DNA of 64,000 nt, from contig NC_045696.1 of NCBI RefSeq assembly GCF_009834535.1, positions 47,432,001-47,496,000 of the forward strand, in the 5' to 3' direction. Position 1 is the stretch's first letter. Every line of letters begins with the position of its first letter. The notes below the pieces were generated by a model. The model was not told the origin of the DNA and did no database searches. It saw only the letters and a program-made list of their open reading frames with translations. Both the position numbers and the translations under genes were made by a program. This document shows, in pieces, positions 10,541 to 22,179 of the stretch. This stretch comes from Camelus ferus (Eukaryota).

Positions 10541-12545
10541 TGCTGGCCTTTAACCACCAAAACAGAACAGGGAAAGGAAGATGAAAGACAGGGGAAGTGG
10601 TAGTGGCAGGACCAGAACAGGACTATTGAAGGGAGGAAAGGCTGGGTATGCAGCCATGAAAGGAGGGTAGGAAGGGAAGAGGCAGAAACCCAAGATTCCT
10701 CAGTAGAATCCTTAAGCAAAATGAGAATAGGAAGGGATCTCTGGGAACAAAGAGTTCTGACTCAGCCTCAGGATAATACAAATGTCAGGTGGGGGAAGGT
10801 GGAGGTGTTGAGGGATAGACAGAGGAGGGCACGGGGCATCATACCCACCACTTCTCCTCATGGAGTTACTCACCTGCAGGGCAGGAAGACAATTTGCCTG
10901 AGTTCTTGACACTGATACATGAGATCGTCTTTTGGTGGGCAGAGGGATTGAGCTCTGAGTAGGAAGAAGGGACATTGCCCATTATCTCTGTCTCCCATCA
11001 TCCCCTTCCAAATCCTCTTCTAATTCAGAGGTGAATTATTCACTAGCTTTTAAGGTTAAGTTTCTTCATTTGTAAGATGAAAGTAATAGTTGTACTTAAT
11101 TTCTAAAGTGAAAATTAAGTGAAGTAACCTAAAGCTTTGTATTCAAGTTCATTCATAATGAGTGTTCATAATATAGGTATCCTCCTCCACTTCCTCCTTT
11201 CTCATCATCAACATTATCAACCTCATTATCATCAGACAAACCTGGATTTTTAGCCAAGAGTCCAAAAGTGATACAGGAGTGGAGCTAGAGAAGAAGTTAG
11301 GGCTTAGGAACAGAAGGCATGATCAGGGGCTATCCTCCCATCCCCTCCCCCACGCCGCTCAATCCCACACAGTACCTAGACCAATAAGAGCATCCTTTAT
11401 CTTTTTATCTACAATGGAGTCTAAGGAATCATGAGCAACTCCTAGGATTATCAGCTGGAGAAGGGGGATGAGGATGAGAAGGAAGCAGGAGGTCCTCTTC
11501 ATCCTGTAGAAATGCCGTGCCCTGGGACTGGGAGAAAAGATGGAAAGAAACAGATCTCAGAGCTCCAGCATGGTTGGGAAAGAAGAGAATGTGAAGTCTC
11601 AAGAGAGGACAGATGGAGGAACATCAGTGTCAGTACAGAGGAGCCTGGAGCTCTCTAAGCAGTTTGGAGAATCAGGGAGCATGGGTGCAGAGCACTTACT
11701 CACCGAAAAGGTCAGGAAAGGTCTGCAGAGACTGGTCAGGTAAGGGTGTTTTATACCCCGTGATATTGACATGGGCACCCCTTAACACACAAGCATCCAC
11801 CCACATACAAACACACTCCCCAGTAAATTTCTAAAGAACTGCCTCTTGGCATATGGCACACAAGCATGGTAAACTTCAGTGTGTCCGAGACAAGCAATAA
11901 CTGCCTTTATTCTGGTTCTCTGCCAGGGGGAGACCACCTGCCTTTCTGTTCTTTCCTCACCTTTCTTCTTGGCAACCTGATACGGCCAACACCTGGGCCT
12001 TCTGTTGGTTGCCCCACACTGTGGGTCTCTTATCTGATCCTTCGTTGGGAGGAGGTGGCTCTATGGTCCGCTGAATGAGGGCGCTCCTTATCACCTGTTT
12101 AAACAGCATTTTATACTTGTCCTTGGCTAACCCCACCCATAGGAAAATAACAGAAAACCTGATTAACGCTGGTTTACAGACAAGGAAGCTTACTATTTAC
12201 TTAACCAGAAGTGTGGTGCTTGATTCCAGGGTTCTTTTGGAAGCTTGACAGAGAATATTAGCAGTCTGATCTCTTCCCCTTTTTCTGTACTACCCTCAGT
12301 TTTTTGACTTGTCATCTTTTATCTTGTCTCCTCGTGGTCATAAGGTGGTGGGCAACACATCCTCACCTGAGACCCTGAGAAGGAAGGAAGGATTAGGGTA
12401 AGGCCATTCTCTTTGGAGGCTTTGCTTTTTTATTTTAGAAGCAAGATTTTCTCCTAGAGGATCAGGCAGATTTCTCCCTACACTTCATTGTTCATTCTGG
12501 GTCACAGGACCTCCTTTCCCACCGTGTGTGGCTGAGAAATTTAGT

Positions 12546-13051
12546 ACTGCTCCACAATCCCTTATTCAAGATCCCTGGCCCAGATGTGTTTCAGAGCTCT
12601 GGATTTTTCAGATTTTAGAAGGTAAGAGAGTGCAAATTCTGTATATTTGGCTATACTTAGTACCAAGGAGGCCTGCAGCAGCATCCTGTAATAAAACACA
12701 TTAATGTCTGCTGCAATAATGAATGAAAATTCACAAAATGGGGGATAAGGACCAAAAAGATCCTGACACCAAGGCTCTATCCAATTTTGCTGCCAAATGA
12801 GTTAGTCTCAAACTTGGGGAAACATTTTTAGACTTTTAGAGCCTTTTAGATTTGTTTTTTTTTTTAAAAGACTTTTATTTGGTGGTTGAGGGGGTAACTA
12901 GGTTTGTTTGCTTGTTTATTTATTTATATGGAGGTGCTGGGGATTGAACCCAGAAGCCCATGCATGCTAAGCACGCACTCTACCACTGAGCTATGCCCTC
13001 CCCACTAAAGCCTTTTAGATTTTGGAATATGGTAAAAGATGAGGACTTGTA
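12546..13051 (+). mobile_element. MER46C (TcMar-Tigger) non-autonomous DNA transposon, interrupted by a SINE
   Basis: CACAATCCCTTATTC...GGCCCAGATGTGTTTCAGA...GATTTTAGAAGGTAA; GCAGCATCCTGTAATAAAACACATTAAT; TTTTGCTGCCAAATGAGTT; TA dinucleotides at both ends. Confidence 0.85.
12854..13005 (-). mobile_element. tRNA-derived camelid SINE (Vic-1-like)
   Basis: Reverse complement GGGGAGGGCATAGCTCAGTGGTAGAGTGCGTGCTTAGCATGCATGGGCTTCTGGGTTCAATCCCCAGCACCTCC (A and B boxes) plus an A-rich tail; TSD AGCCTTTTAGATTT at 12840-12853 and 13009-13022. Confidence 0.92.
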
Positions 13052-13845
13052 TATGGCCAAGAGGAGCAGGAGTGCTGTGATTCATCCTCCAGGACAGGGC
13101 ACATGGTCACCATATTGAATCCTATGATTCAAGAGCAAGATAAAGGAGTAGAGAATGGCTGATAGATGACCACTACTGGAGGCAGTCGGGTGGTGGTCGG
13201 GGTCGGGGGAGCCTGGCTCTGCTTCTGCATGGTCAGCCTCACTGTTGCCTTCCCTAGAGATGCGCTCCAGTGAACAGCTATTTCTTCTATGTATCTCCCT
13301 TTGGCAACTTTGAGAATAGGGGTCAGTGATGCCAGGAAAAGGCAAGGATGCTTCCTTAATTACCAGATAGGAGTTTGCGGGAAAGAAAGAGTGATAGAGA
13401 ACAAAAAGAGCATAGACTTGGATTTGGTGTAGAAGTTGGGTAGATGAATTCATTTCTTAGTTCAATGACCATTTATAGAGCTTCTCTGAACCAACTTGAG
13501 CTCTGGTGACTCAGCAGTGGGCAACGTAGACAAAGTCCTTCCTTTGCCCTCTTGAGACTACATTCTAAGGTGGGAGATAAATATATATTATGTCAGATGG
13601 TGAAAAATGCCCTGAAGGAAAAGAAGTCAAGCCAAGGCAATTGAGCGTGCCTCAATGCTGCTGTACACATGCAGTGTGTTCAGGGAAGGTGTCTTAGAAA
13701 AGGAAACTTGAAACAATGATCTGCAGAAGTTTGGGTGAGGCATAGGAAAAGCAAGGAAAGATGGTCCAAGGAAAGAGACAAGGAGGGGCCCGAGGCAGAG
13801 AGATGGTTGTTGTGCTGAAGGTATAGCAACAAACGCTATGGGCTT

Positions 13846-14317
13846 TGTCCGGCAAAGACCCACCGTGGAAGAATGAATTACTCTAACAAGTCAGGAGAGT
13901 GAGAGGGAGCCAGAGACCAACTCCAACCCCCTGACCCTCTCCAAAACTCTGGTATTTATTGAGAACAGTCAGACAAAGGATTAAGGTAAAACACGTCATA
14001 GGAATGTGTTAGGGGCATGGTGTACGTGCAGGTGCAGGTCAGCAGTTTTGTGAAAAACAGAAACATTAATCTTAATCTATATATTTAGGGAGAAGTTTAC
14101 AATGTCTAAGGAGTATACAATCGATAATGGAAACCAGGCAGGCACAAAGACCCCATGAAGATCAAGATCCAAGTAGATAAGTGAAGAATGCTCTGCTGTT
14201 TTCAGCAAGGCAAAAGGTAATGGTTTTCCAAGAAGCAGAAGCAGCCCTGCAGCTAGCAACCCACACCTAAGATAAGCAAGGTGTGTGAGCAGCAGTTTTC
14301 TGCATTGCAGCCCTACA
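13846..14317 (-). mobile_element. ERV1-type solo LTR (472 bp)
   Basis: TG...CA termini (TGTCCGGC...GCCCTACA); perfect 4-bp TSD GCTT at 13842-13845 and 14318-14321; TTTATT (minus-strand AATAAA) at ~13955. Confidence 0.88.
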
Positions 14318-14667
14318 GCTTATTAACCCATGAGTGTGCTCCTACAGAAAGCAGCGTGGCTGGACAGAGTGAAGGGAGGAAGGGAAAGAGACGTCAGAAG
14401 AGGTCTAAAACACAGCTAGGGCCAGATTCCACAGCACGTGTACACCAACTCCAGGGCTCCGGGTTTCACTGCAAATCTGACAGGAAATTACTGGAATGTT
14501 TTGCTCAGGGGAGTGACATGAGATGATTTATGTTTTATACAGCTTTTTGAGTCCACTATTGTGGAAAAGAGGTTGGATGGAAACAGGTAAACAAGGAAAC
14601 CAGGCTGCGGGCTTTTGTAGGGTTCCAGGTATCAGGTGGTAGTTGGGGAAGGAGTGAGAATTGGATG

Positions 14668-14999
14668 TGTTGCCGAGTCCAAACTCGTTCTGCTGGCCGC
14701 ATGACAGGCCAATAAATCGGGAGACGAGGTGCTGAGGCAAGGAATAGTGACTTCAACTGGAAAGCCGGCAGACCGAGAGGATGGCAGACTAATGTCTTGG
14801 AGAACCATCTTCGCTAGTCAGAATACAGGCTCCTTTTATATGAAAAATAAGGGAGGGGGAGGGAAAATAAGGGAGGAGGTATGGTTGATTGTTGCAATCT
14901 TCTTGCTTCAGGCATTCTTTGTTCTTGCAGGCATCCCCGTGGGCTAGGTCATGGTGTCCCTGTAAACCTCCAACAAAACAAAGGTTATTCTCTACTACA
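14668..14999 (-). mobile_element. ERV1-type solo LTR, short or internally deleted (332 bp)
   Basis: Starts TGTTGCCGAGTCCAAACTCG...GGCCAATAAATCGGGAGACGAGGTG (laurasiatherian LTR end) and ends CTACTACA; flanks GATG/GGTG (4-bp TSD, 1 mismatch); L2 resumes on both sides. Confidence 0.8.
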
Positions 15000-16372
15000 G
15001 GTGGATTTGGGTTATACAGAGGAGGTTGAGCCTCTTTGGGGTTTCCTGATAGACTGGGTATGGGGTACAGGAGAAAGAGATCAGGGAAAGATCAAAGTTA
15101 CGTTCTGAATGACTTGTTGAAGAGTGATGCCATTTATAGAAATGGGGACCCCAGGAGGAAGAGTAGGTTTGGCAAGAACATTAGGTCATATTGATCATGA
15201 TCCATTTCATATGCCTGTTAGACATCCCGGTGGAGCTCTGACTTAAGGAATTACGCATACAAGTCTGGGGTTCAGGGGAAAGGTGAGAGTCAGAGATACA
15301 AATTTGAGAGTAATCAGTCCAGAGATGATATAATAGTATAGATGATCTAACAAAAGAAGAGAAATCAGATTTTGCTTGAGGGAATCAGGTGAAGAAAGTG
15401 ATAGACTGGGGAGTGGATGACCAGAAGCACATTGATTTAAAGATATGAATTGAATTGCACTGACTAGTAGGTTTATTGAGAATGACAGGAAGAGAGAAGA
15501 GAACAGGATCACAAGAGAGAACTTGGGCTAAAATAAGCCTGGACAGCAGGGAGAGTGACCACTACCTCCGGGCAACACTTGTGGTCACTGGCATTTAACA
15601 CCCAGAGGGGATTATTAATTTTTTATTCCATTCATTTATTTTGAAATTTCTTAAAGGATCCCTTTTTTTAAAAGATTAAGAAATATTTATGAATAGTCAC
15701 ATAATTCATGTTTTTAACATTCCAAATAAAGTTCAGAGTTTCCTGAAAGCTGTTTGGGGCAATTTACTTCACTGTGCCTTAGTTTATTCTTCTGTTATGT
15801 TTCTGATCTCTGGGTCCTCTCCTACCTCTGTAAATCCATATTAGTATATATCATAGATAGGGTAATATACTTAATCTTACTTAAAACAAAATAAAAAACC
15901 AAATATAGGTTCAACAATTTACATTTGTCATATAAAAATCTAACATATCAGAGATATAGAGGTTTTTTTAATTATAAGATTCCTGGCTTTTCAGGTTATT
16001 CACACATGAGATTATAGGTGAATAGTGCACTAAAAATTGAAACAAATGTATAAAATTTATGGACAAGATCTATGCTTGGAAGGAGCTCTTAGGTGTCAGG
16101 AGTCTCAGGTTCTTTCTGAAGCATTACAGTCAACTAGGTCTTCGACTGTATGCAAATCATTAATCTTATTTATAAAACAAAAGACCCATCAGATTCGGAT
16201 CATTGGGTTCTTTTTTATTCACATACTCCCTAAACAAAATTTGGAAAAATCCATATTGCCTTGCACCTTTTGAATTTACATTCAGAACTTTAATGCTTAA
16301 GTTTAGGTAGTGGCAAAGAGTGTCATTTCTGACATAGTACCAGTTTAAAATAAACACTTATTAAATTTATCC

Positions 16373-17003
16373 TGAGACAGCAGGGAAGGGGGCGGGCAAC
16401 AGCCACTCTAGGAATGACAGCAATTTAACACCAAAACGGTGGAAGATCCACCTCCTAGCGGGCCTTAAGGATTAAGAGGTTTAACTTCTGGTGGACCTTG
16501 AGCTTCCTTATATGCTCACTGTAACAGTGTGATCAAATAACATGCCCGCAGGCACCATGACAGCCCCGAGGCTAACCGCAAAAGGCCAAAGACTGGGCGG
16601 TGGCCCAATTCCTGGTAATCCCAGCCCCTTCCCCAGGGCAGTTGAATTGATCCCACTTGTAGGCGTGTGAAGTTACTGAGATCATAAAAAGTGATAACAC
16701 CACGCCTAGTGGCCCTTTCGCTCTCTCCTCTTTGGAGACAGCCCACACTCTGTGGATTGTGTACCTACCTTTACTTTAACCTGAGCACCCAATCCCCACA
16801 CCTCTTCCCTTGCCTCTCTCTTGCCTTATACTCTGTGCAGTATGTATCACTCTAAATAAATCTGCCTATACTCCATGGTGGCTCGCACTGAATTTTTTCC
16901 TGTGCGATGCCAAGGACCCACACTTGGCGGAGCACGTCCCAGGGGCTCAGCCAAGACCTGGGACTCAGCCCTTCTCACGCCCCACATCTGTTTTCCCGCA
17001 TCA
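16373..17003 (+). mobile_element. MER41-like ERV1 solo LTR (631 bp)
   Basis: TGAGACAG...GCATCA termini; perfect TSD ATCC (16369-16372, 17004-17007); CACCATGACAG, AATAAA at ~16855 and GGCTCGCACTGAATTTTTTCCTGTGCGATGCCAAGGACCC are MER41-like motifs. Confidence 0.88.
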
Positions 17004-17059
17004 ATCCAATGAAATTTATATATCATAGCAATTTGATACCTACCACCCATTTTTTAAAA

Positions 17060-17395
17060 TGCAAACATGAAGCTTGTATTAATGTGTGGATACAACTTGA
17101 ACATGGATTACACTTATAATAATAAGCAGAACAGTAATGATTCCACTTATGCAGACTAGATTGACTGGTCAAGTTTAGAGATAGAAAGTAGAAGAGTTGT
17201 TGCCAGAAACTGGCAAGAGGGAAAAAGAAGGAATTGTTCAATGGCTATAGAGTTTTAGTTTTGCAAGATAAAGAGTTCTGGAGATTGGTTGCACAGCAGG
17301 GTGAATGTACTTAATGCTGCTGAACTGTACACTTAAAGTAGTTAAGATGGTAAATTTTATGTTATATGTATTTTACCACAATTTTAAAAACCCTA
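17060..17395 (+). mobile_element. L1MB-like 3' end
   Basis: ATAGAAAGTAGAAG..GTTGCCAG; GTTCTGGAGATTGGTTGCACA; GAACTGTACACTTAAA..GTTAAGATGGTAAATTTTATGTTATATGTATTTTACCACAAT. Confidence 0.88.
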
Positions 17396-17508
17396 AAAAC
17401 AGATTCTAAAAGGTAAAGCTTCCATTTAATAGTCAAATTTCTATATTATTACTAGTTTTCTGAATTTAAATTTCCATTTCTACCCTCTACAGAATTTTTT
17501 TTAGACTT

Positions 17509-17987
17509 TGTGAACGAAAAATATTGCAAACCATATCAGTAAACAAAGAATGCTGAAGCCATCAAGTCATCAGCGGCTGCCACCACCGCCCAGTGAAGAC
17601 AAGCCTGCAGCCCAGCCTCTGCAGCCACTCACGATGGTGCACTCTGAGGGGACTCAGAATAAGAAAGGACAGGATACTGGCCCTACACAGCTAGGTGCTT
17701 GTCAAAGAAATGAATTCAGTGAGCCCAAATGTTTGCTTTCTCCCATACACAGAAAAGCACTAAGTTCTTTAACTTGAGATGTCTGTTTTTCTTTAGATAA
17801 CAAGTAATCTTTTATTATTCCAACTACCTGGCCTTTGTTGTAAAGCTCCTATATATCCTAACTCCTCCCCTACCTCTTCAGAGAAGTCCCTCAGAGCCAT
17901 CTGAGGGGCTGTCATCCCGGCTCGAGTCCTCCTGCCAAATAAAACATAATTCTCAACTTTTAGTCCGCACATTTATTTCAGTCGACA
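17509..17987 (+). mobile_element. ERV1-type solo LTR (479 bp)
   Basis: TGTGAACGAAAAA...TTCAGTCGACA termini; TSD ACTT/GCTT (1 mismatch); TATA-like CCTATATA at ~17848 and AATAAA at ~17938. Confidence 0.85.
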
Positions 17988-18027
17988 GCTTAACAGTAAT
18001 TGGATGAAATTCATTACATATTCTAGA

Positions 18028-18203
18028 TTTTTCTTTTCTTGAGATAATATTGGCTTAAAACATTATATAAATTTCATGCATATGACATTATAATTCGACT
18101 TCTGAGTACACCACAGTGTGATCACCACCAAAAGCCTAGTTTTCATTTGTCACCATCTAGTTGACTCCTTTACCCATTTCACCCTCCCCAGCCCCCTTGC
18201 CCA
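18028..18203 (-). mobile_element. L1 3' end fragment
   Basis: T-rich tail then TTGAGATAATATTGG...AACATTATATAAATTTCA...CACCACCAAAAG...TTTACCCATTTCACCCTCCCC. Confidence 0.8.
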
Positions 18204-19496
18204 GAGGGGATCATTCTTTAACATTCCCATCCTTTATATAACAAAATTATTTCCAGTAGTAAGTATGTTATGATCAGTAATAATCATTATTTCTTAGTTC
18301 ATCCTCTAGTTTTAAAACAAAACAAAAACTGTTAAAAAGAGCAAATGTCAATTTTAAAGATGCTGTTTAAATTCAGAATAACATTTTTGTGTGAACTAAG
18401 ATTTGTACTTACCAAACAAAAACATTGTACTTCTCAGTTTGCACACTCTGAATTTAAATTTTAAACACAATTAAACTCAACTTAATGATGTATAATGACC
18501 AAATTGGTGTAATTCACATACTCTTAATTTGTTTTAATCATCAGGCTACCATTGCTTATTTAGATTCTACTGTTTAACTGCTGGAATACATAGCAGGATA
18601 GGAACTGCAGACACAAATGCAGACTTGAATGTTTTTTAATTGTTACAAACTTACTTTAAAAATGAAGGCATACAGCTGAGGCCAAGTACATGGGACCAAA
18701 CCATAAAATTGGAAGTTTTCTCAATTAACTTTCATGTAGAATACAATGCTAGTTAAAAGATGAGTAACAAAAATGTGCTACTTTGGAGCTTACATGAATA
18801 TTATTAAAACTGAACAGTAATCATAGCATTGTTAAGGCTAACAAATAATGTTTTAGAGGAGGAGTATTTTACCATTGACATTATTTAGAATTGCCAGTGG
18901 ATGATGATAATAGGTGTCAAATTGACTTTTCCTCAGATTTAATATTGCTTTTAAATTCTCTATAGACGATGCACCCTACTTCTTGCCTGCATCCCTACCC
19001 TCAATAGTCACTGCTTATAGTGTTAAGACATTGAGATCAGGTATTGTATGATAGAGCTTCCACCTCAGCATTCCCTGAAAATGTTCAGAAAGTCCTATAC
19101 AGAGAAGGTGGAAGAAAGGGTTTTGTTCCTCCAAAATCTGTAGATAAACTAAGTGGAGTCTTTTTATCATTCTCTCCTTAGAGCCGCCCTCTTCCTAAGA
19201 ATGCACTTCTTTCCCAATGGCCCAAAGGAGGAGGTACATTTTCAGTCTACTTTACCTCCTCTCCCCCTGTAATTCTTCACTGATTACTTTGCATTTTATT
19301 TTACTTTATAGAAATAAAGTTTGAAAACTTGATAGCATAGGACAGAGGCTGCAAAGAGGAGACCATAAATCTGAGTAAAAGTAACTGTGCAACTGGGAAG
19401 AGTAAAGGTGGGAAAGATGGGGCTGGGACAGGTTTGCCTGTTACAGGTTAAGCTAAGACAGAGCACTGTTTTCCTCTGCCTTCCCTTGTACATGGG

Positions 19497-19700
19497 AGTG
19501 GGGGTTTTCAGTGTGGAATGTAGACCTCTAGAGGGGCACAGACTAAGCCATTGAGTTATAAGAAGTAAATAACAGAGCTTCTATTTTTATTTATTTTTTC
19601 TCATTCTTTAACATTTTTCTGTTTCGTATATGTCTCAGCATAAACATATTACTACATGTTTATAGTTTTTAAACTTCATTGAAATGTATGCTTAATTTTT
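19497..19700. mobile_element. Probable hAT-Charlie non-autonomous fragment
   Basis: GGTTTTCAGTGTGG..TGTAGACCTCTAGAGGG...CCATTG...GAGCTTCTATTTTTATTTATTTTT resembles Charlie-type ends; family uncertain. Confidence 0.4.
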
Positions 19701-22042
19701 TTAAAACTCATGGCACATCTGAAAAAATAACAGGAGACCAAGAAAATTTAGAGCCACAGAAAGTTTGTGGATCTCTCAAACACGAGTTTCTAGCTCAGTT
19801 TTTGACTAGAGTTGGAGCGCTCTTGGATGAGGCATTAAAGTGCTGCTATTTCATCTTGTGAATCCATATACTTTAGATACTACATGAGAAATCAGTCAAG
19901 TAGATATTCAATATAAAAACTGAGATGCAGATAAAAATTGAGAGGCTGATCCACACTGAGCAGAGATTAGTCATGGAATTGCTTGGAGATAGGGCAAAGT
20001 GCAAAAATGATCTTGGGATCTGCTCAGTGGTTACACAGGTACCTGATTAGCCTGAAGACTTCTGCATCATCAAGCAAGGGGAAAAACTGGTGCTGGGATG
20101 ATGAGTTGATGCTTTCAATTAGCTGTGAAACCACAAAGTCTCTCTACTCATCAGGGTTCTAATTGGGTGCAAATTGGCTCTTAGAAGAAAGTTTGTGTTC
20201 CAGTGGTCAAAAAGAGTATCCTAGAACGGTTAAATGAATTGATTTGTCCAAAGCTATTGTCCCTTTGGATGCTGGAAATGTCAAATACAGACAACAGTAT
20301 GTTCCTGGCATTATCTATTGTCAAGTTAGTTGTGCTAATGTTGGCTAACAGATTCAGCTGTGGCAAGAGAGAGCTACTGGGTGGAGAATGATTATGGGGA
20401 GGGACACTAGGGAGGGGATAATGAAAGAAGATGGTCTGGAGGAGACAATAGAGAGGAAGAAGTCAAAGAAAAGAGGATGAGCATGATGGAGTCTAGAGGC
20501 GGCACAGGCATGTGAATTTTCCTGGAAGGGACAGCATTTCAGTGGAGTGGTTTAAAGGAGACATGTATCAAGTCTGCATGATCAAATCCACCCTGGGACC
20601 ATGTGCTGTGGCAGCCATCCTAGCTCAGCGCCCTCTTCCCTACTTGTTAATCTGCCTGTCTGTCTCTGTGTGCTGGCTAAAGAGAAGCAACGGGGGATTC
20701 CCGGGCTCTGACTCAGGACAAAGAATCGGTCCATGGGGAGATTGACAAGAGCCCCCGTAAAAGAGGAGACACCTGTGGAAACTGCCCCACGCTCAAGAGG
20801 AGGCAGTAAAAAGTAGTCGGGCTGCCAAAAGATCTTTGGCAGTATCACTCCTGCCATATTCTTAGGAGTGGATGCCCAGCCATTTGACTCTCTAATTGAC
20901 GCTTTTTGAAAGTGCCTCCAATTGTCAGTAGAGGGAGAGCCACCATAACCCAGGCAGGTTAGGAGCCATGTACCGTTTAATTCTTTAAAGTTGTGAGAGG
21001 AGAACAGAACTGATGCGGGACAAACTGAGAGGCCTGAGCACACCCACGTGTCTCTAGCTCTCTATCTCTAGATCCACGCGTATACAGAGAGACAGGTAAA
21101 ATCTACCATGAAACTGATCCACATGCATTTCAGTGACATGATGATTGTTGTGCTGCATGGTAATTGGCCGTATATGGTAAGCAGCTGACATACATGATTA
21201 ATAAATATGCCTTTACAGAGCCTAATCAGGTTTCTGGTTTTGTTTTCTCCATATGGCCGCCTAAAAAAACGCCCATGTTGGTAGCATTCCCTGATATCAG
21301 GTTCTGTCTAACTTCTAGCATAATCACTGAATTAAATCTGACCGGCAAATTGTCTTCATGTACCCAGGAATAGTACACAGGATTGGGGAGCATCTGGCTA
21401 GTTTTTGGTTCACTCTACTCTTGAGATTCCTGGAGTGCTGAGCTGGGTCCCTGGGAGAAGATGGCCAAACGTATAAAGGGGCCAAAGAGGTTGCTGGGAG
21501 GAAGGGCCTCCAACACTTCCACACTGAAGTTCAAACATTTTAGAATCTTATGTTTAGAATCATACTTTTAAGACTGAGATGGTTCTTTAGACTCAAAGTT
21601 GGAGGATTGAGAAGGTTGTGATTGAGTCCCACTAACACAAAAGGACACCGAGATCCCAAATGCGGACACTTTAGGAAGAAGGAAGGAGTGTGGACTGGCT
21701 GACCTGGGCTCCACACCAGGCAGTAGAGACTCACAATTGAAGACTCGTCTGGAAAAGCCTGTGGCTGAGCCTGGAATCCTCTTTGGTATTTGTAGTGATT
21801 TGGTAACAAACAACTTGGGAGATTCTTGTGTAGGTGTGCCTAGGTTTAAGTTATGCTTTGGAAAAGAGTCATGTTTCTGACTTGTTTATTCTTAGTGGTG
21901 AGACAAGCTTAATGCCACAAATAACTTGAAGTATAAGGGTCTCACTGTGGACGCATTGTAGTTCCATAGCCTAAATAAGTGGACACCAGCAGGTGTCTCT
22001 TCACTGCCCAGTTGTTTCTTTTCCCTAATGTCTGGTGCTTTA

Positions 22043-22172
22043 CTAGATTTTAAGTTGCTTAAAAGCAAGAATCATTTCTTAATTCTTCTCCGTATCTCCA
22101 GCATGCACAGTGTCTGGCCCATGGCAGGTGTCAATAGTTGTTGGTTGGTTGAATAAATAAATGGATGAATGT
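22043..22172 (+). mobile_element. L2 3' end
   Basis: TAGATTTTAAGTTGCTT...GTATCTCCAGCA.GCACAGTGTCTGGCCCATGGCAGGTG.CAATA...TGAATAAATAAATGGATGAATG. Confidence 0.8.
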
Positions 22173-22179
22173 TTGCATA

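Larger units (their letters stand above)
12135..13195 (-). mobile_element. Old MLT1 (MaLR) LTR, interrupted by MER46C
   Basis: ATAACAGAAAACCTGA...GGTTTA; TCCTCGTGGTCATAAGGTGG; CAGATTTCTCCCTACACTTCATTG; resumes after 13051 with GATTCATCCTCCAGG..GGGCACATGG. Confidence 0.65.
13455..15540 (-). mobile_element. Long L2 relic interrupted by two solo LTRs
   Basis: Successive L2 reverse motifs: CATTTATAGAGC, CAGGGAAGGTGTCTTAG, GGAAATTACTGGAATGTTTTG..CAGGGGAGTGACATGA, ATGCCTGTTAGACATCC, GAGATACAAATTTGAGAGTAATCAG. Confidence 0.8.

Noticed and set aside
11540..11743. ATG-initiated 67-aa ORF ending at CAG|GTAAGG
   Set aside because: No promoter or CpG island, no recognisable homology and no downstream exon identified. 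Mentioned only as a splice-like signal.
12930..13003. tRNA-like sequence with A and B boxes (also 28975-29046)
   Set aside because: Followed by an A-rich tail and, for the first copy, flanked by a TSD; the stems are degenerate. These are SINEs, not tRNA genes.
19930..20260. Possible CR1/L3 LINE relic
   Set aside because: The resemblance is too faint to support without an HMM search.
20582..21043. Longest ORF in the track (153 aa), and similar ORFs at 32234-32668, 44572-44946, 27919-28284 and 13082-13453
   Set aside because: No recognisable domains; several have non-ATG starts or lie inside LTR/L2 relics. The lengths are compatible with chance in 64 kb.
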